The notes beneath the pieces were generated by a model. The model was not told the origin of the DNA. It searched no databases and saw only the letters and a list, made by a program, of their open reading frames with translations. Below are positions 62,539 through 64,000 of a stretch of DNA of 64,000 nt, in pieces (positions within the stretch are counted from its first letter, which is position 1; the number at the start of each line of letters is the position of its first letter). Made by a program: the position numbers and the translations under genes. The stretch is taken from the sequence record OP953026.1; one strand, written 5' to 3'.

Positions 62539-63102
62539 ATGCTTAAGCTTCCAGCGAGTGATGAGCCATTTCGGGTACTAGCATTAGACCCTGGTTCACA
62601 AAACCTCGGCATAGCTATTCTGGAAGATAAGTTGGATGGAAGTAATAAGGTGGTACGTAATGCATTTACTTGCCACCTTAAAGATACAAATCCGGCATAT
62701 GCTGCCATTTCCGAGGTTCATGGTAGTAGATTCACTAGAATGCAGCAAATGAGTGATGTGGTACTAAATATACTGCATACAGAAAAGCCACATGCAGTGA
62801 TTGTAGAATCTAACTATCTTGGTAAGTTTGCCCAAAGCTTCGCTGTACTTGTAGAATGTGTAACCTATGTACATAGAGCATTATACGAGTATGATAGATT
62901 TATACCTTTATACATGATTGATCCGACCACAGTTAAGATCAATGCTGGTATGAAAAAAGTAAAGGGTACTACTAAAGACGATGTTAAAGAAGCAATGCGC
63001 TCTCGTACTGATATCACATGGAACATCGACATAGATAGTCTAGATGATCACTCTATGGATGCTTGTGCGATAGCTTACTACTACCTTACTAGGATTGTTT
63101 AA
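62539..63102 (+). CDS. ruvC: RuvC-like Holliday junction resolvase
   Basis: VLALDPGSQNLGIAIL, VIVES, PTTVK and DHSMDACAIA give the RuvC D-E-D-D catalytic set. Confidence 0.85.
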   Translation: MLKLPASDEPFRVLALDPGSQNLGIAILEDKLDGSNKVVRNAFTCHLKDTNPAYAAISEVHGSRFTRMQQMSDVVLNILHTEKPHAVIVESNYLGKFAQSFAVLVECVTYVHRALYEYDRFIPLYMIDPTTVKINAGMKKVKGTTKDDVKEAMRSRTDITWNIDIDSLDDHSMDACAIAYYYLTRIV

Positions 63103-63117
63103 CAATTCGAGGCAACA

Positions 63118-63624
63118 ATGTTCCTATTAGCAGGTATACGAAAAATAATTGGTAGTGTGCCATTGCATATATGGTTACTATTAGTTATTCTGATAGGTGC
63201 CTTAATTGGTATCATATATTACAAAAATAGTTATGAGACGGAACTTGTTCGCTCTACAGATTTAATTGGAAAAATTAAATCTTATGAAGCGGCAGAAAAG
63301 GTTAGGATTGAATCAGACCGTATCTCCGATAAAATTCAAGCTGAACTAATTACTAAAAAGAAAGAGATACAAAAAGAGCAGGCGCAATCACGCACTGAGG
63401 TGATTGATGAGTACATTAGTTTATCAGGTCGTGGATATACTCCCCCTGTATGGCCTGAGGTTAAAGCTAAAACAACTAATGGGGAAAGTACCACTACTGA
63501 GATTAAACATGAAACTGACACAAAAAAAGATAGCATTAATAAGTCTATTAATGTTATTGCTAAACGGATGTACGAGCACTACTGTGCCGCCTCCCGTGAA
63601 AATACCAGTTGCAATCCCAAGTAG
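63118..63624 (+). CDS. Inner-membrane spanin (Rz-like)
   Basis: N-terminal transmembrane helix then a coiled-coil periplasmic region; overlaps a lipoprotein gene. Confidence 0.7.
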   Translation: MFLLAGIRKIIGSVPLHIWLLLVILIGALIGIIYYKNSYETELVRSTDLIGKIKSYEAAEKVRIESDRISDKIQAELITKKKEIQKEQAQSRTEVIDEYISLSGRGYTPPVWPEVKAKTTNGESTTTEIKHETDTKKDSINKSINVIAKRMYEHYCAASRENTSCNPK

Positions 63625-63871
63625 TTTGCTTCTCCCTTGTGATGTAGAAGCCCCACCTACAGCTAATGAGATCATCAATGCATTAGATAGATATAAAGCT
63701 GTTGGGGTTACTGATGAGAATGAAGCACGTTTCTTACTTATGACCGAACATTGGCTTTTACAAACTGATGCACTTGGACTATGTAATATCCAAGTAGACA
63801 AATTGCGTGAATGGAACGAACGTCAACGTAATTTGGAGAATAGTCATGACCCTAGAGGACGTTCTGATTGA
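63509..63871 (+). CDS. Outer-membrane lipoprotein spanin (Rz1-like)
   Basis: MKLTQKKIALISLLMLLLNG|C lipobox, then Pro-rich PPPVKIP...LLLPCD; overlaps the i-spanin in a different frame. Confidence 0.75.
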   Translation: MKLTQKKIALISLLMLLLNGCTSTTVPPPVKIPVAIPSSLLLPCDVEAPPTANEIINALDRYKAVGVTDENEARFLLMTEHWLLQTDALGLCNIQVDKLREWNERQRNLENSHDPRGRSD

Positions 63872-64000
63872 GATCGATGGTAATCCTTTATCTTCTTCTA
63901 AAGACTATGGAAAGAAGATACGTACCTATTTAAATAGTGTATTGGAAAAGGAACAACGTATAAATCTAAGTATAACTGGTGAAGAAGTACTTAGTCGAAT
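63846..64000 (+). CDS. Hypothetical protein (gp143-like), 3'-partial
   Basis: GGAG RBS; MTLEDVLIEIDGNPLSSSKDYGKKIRTYLNS... open to the window end. Confidence 0.6.
   Translation, partial: MTLEDVLIEIDGNPLSSSKDYGKKIRTYLNSVLEKEQRINLSITGEEVLSR

Overview
This is an AT-rich segment of a phiKZ-like (Phikzvirus/Chimalliviridae) Pseudomonas jumbo phage. Gene order and sizes match my recollection of phiKZ gp83-gp143, so all gp numbers below are synteny/recall assignments, not database hits. Core late modules are: head/inner-body genes including the protease-processed gp86/gp92-gp97 paralog array, baseplate/neck genes, a DnaB-like helicase, the 747-aa major capsid protein, the non-virion RNAP beta N-terminal subunit, portal, five tail-fibre paralogs, a RuvC-like resolvase and an overlapping spanin pair. 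An early accessory island (about 25.5-33.3 kb) driven by TATATTAC promoters holds about 20 small genes. I saw no tRNA, rRNA, CRISPR array, intron or transposase. Five observations stand out. (1) The major capsid TGA stop is followed in frame by a 26-codon, internally repeated peptide ending in TAA right before the terminator, a candidate programmed stop-codon readthrough. (2) A ~640-bp non-coding island beside the helicase operon has about ten hairpins with recurring loop motifs (candidate origin or structured RNA). (3) Two orphan antitoxin-like genes occur in the early island: a DarG-class macrodomain and a GC-rich HigA-like HTH with an upstream palindrome. (4) A terminator family is flanked by CATA...TATG, the late-promoter core. 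(5) A tandem 2OG-Fe(II) oxygenase-like pair follows the tail fibres.
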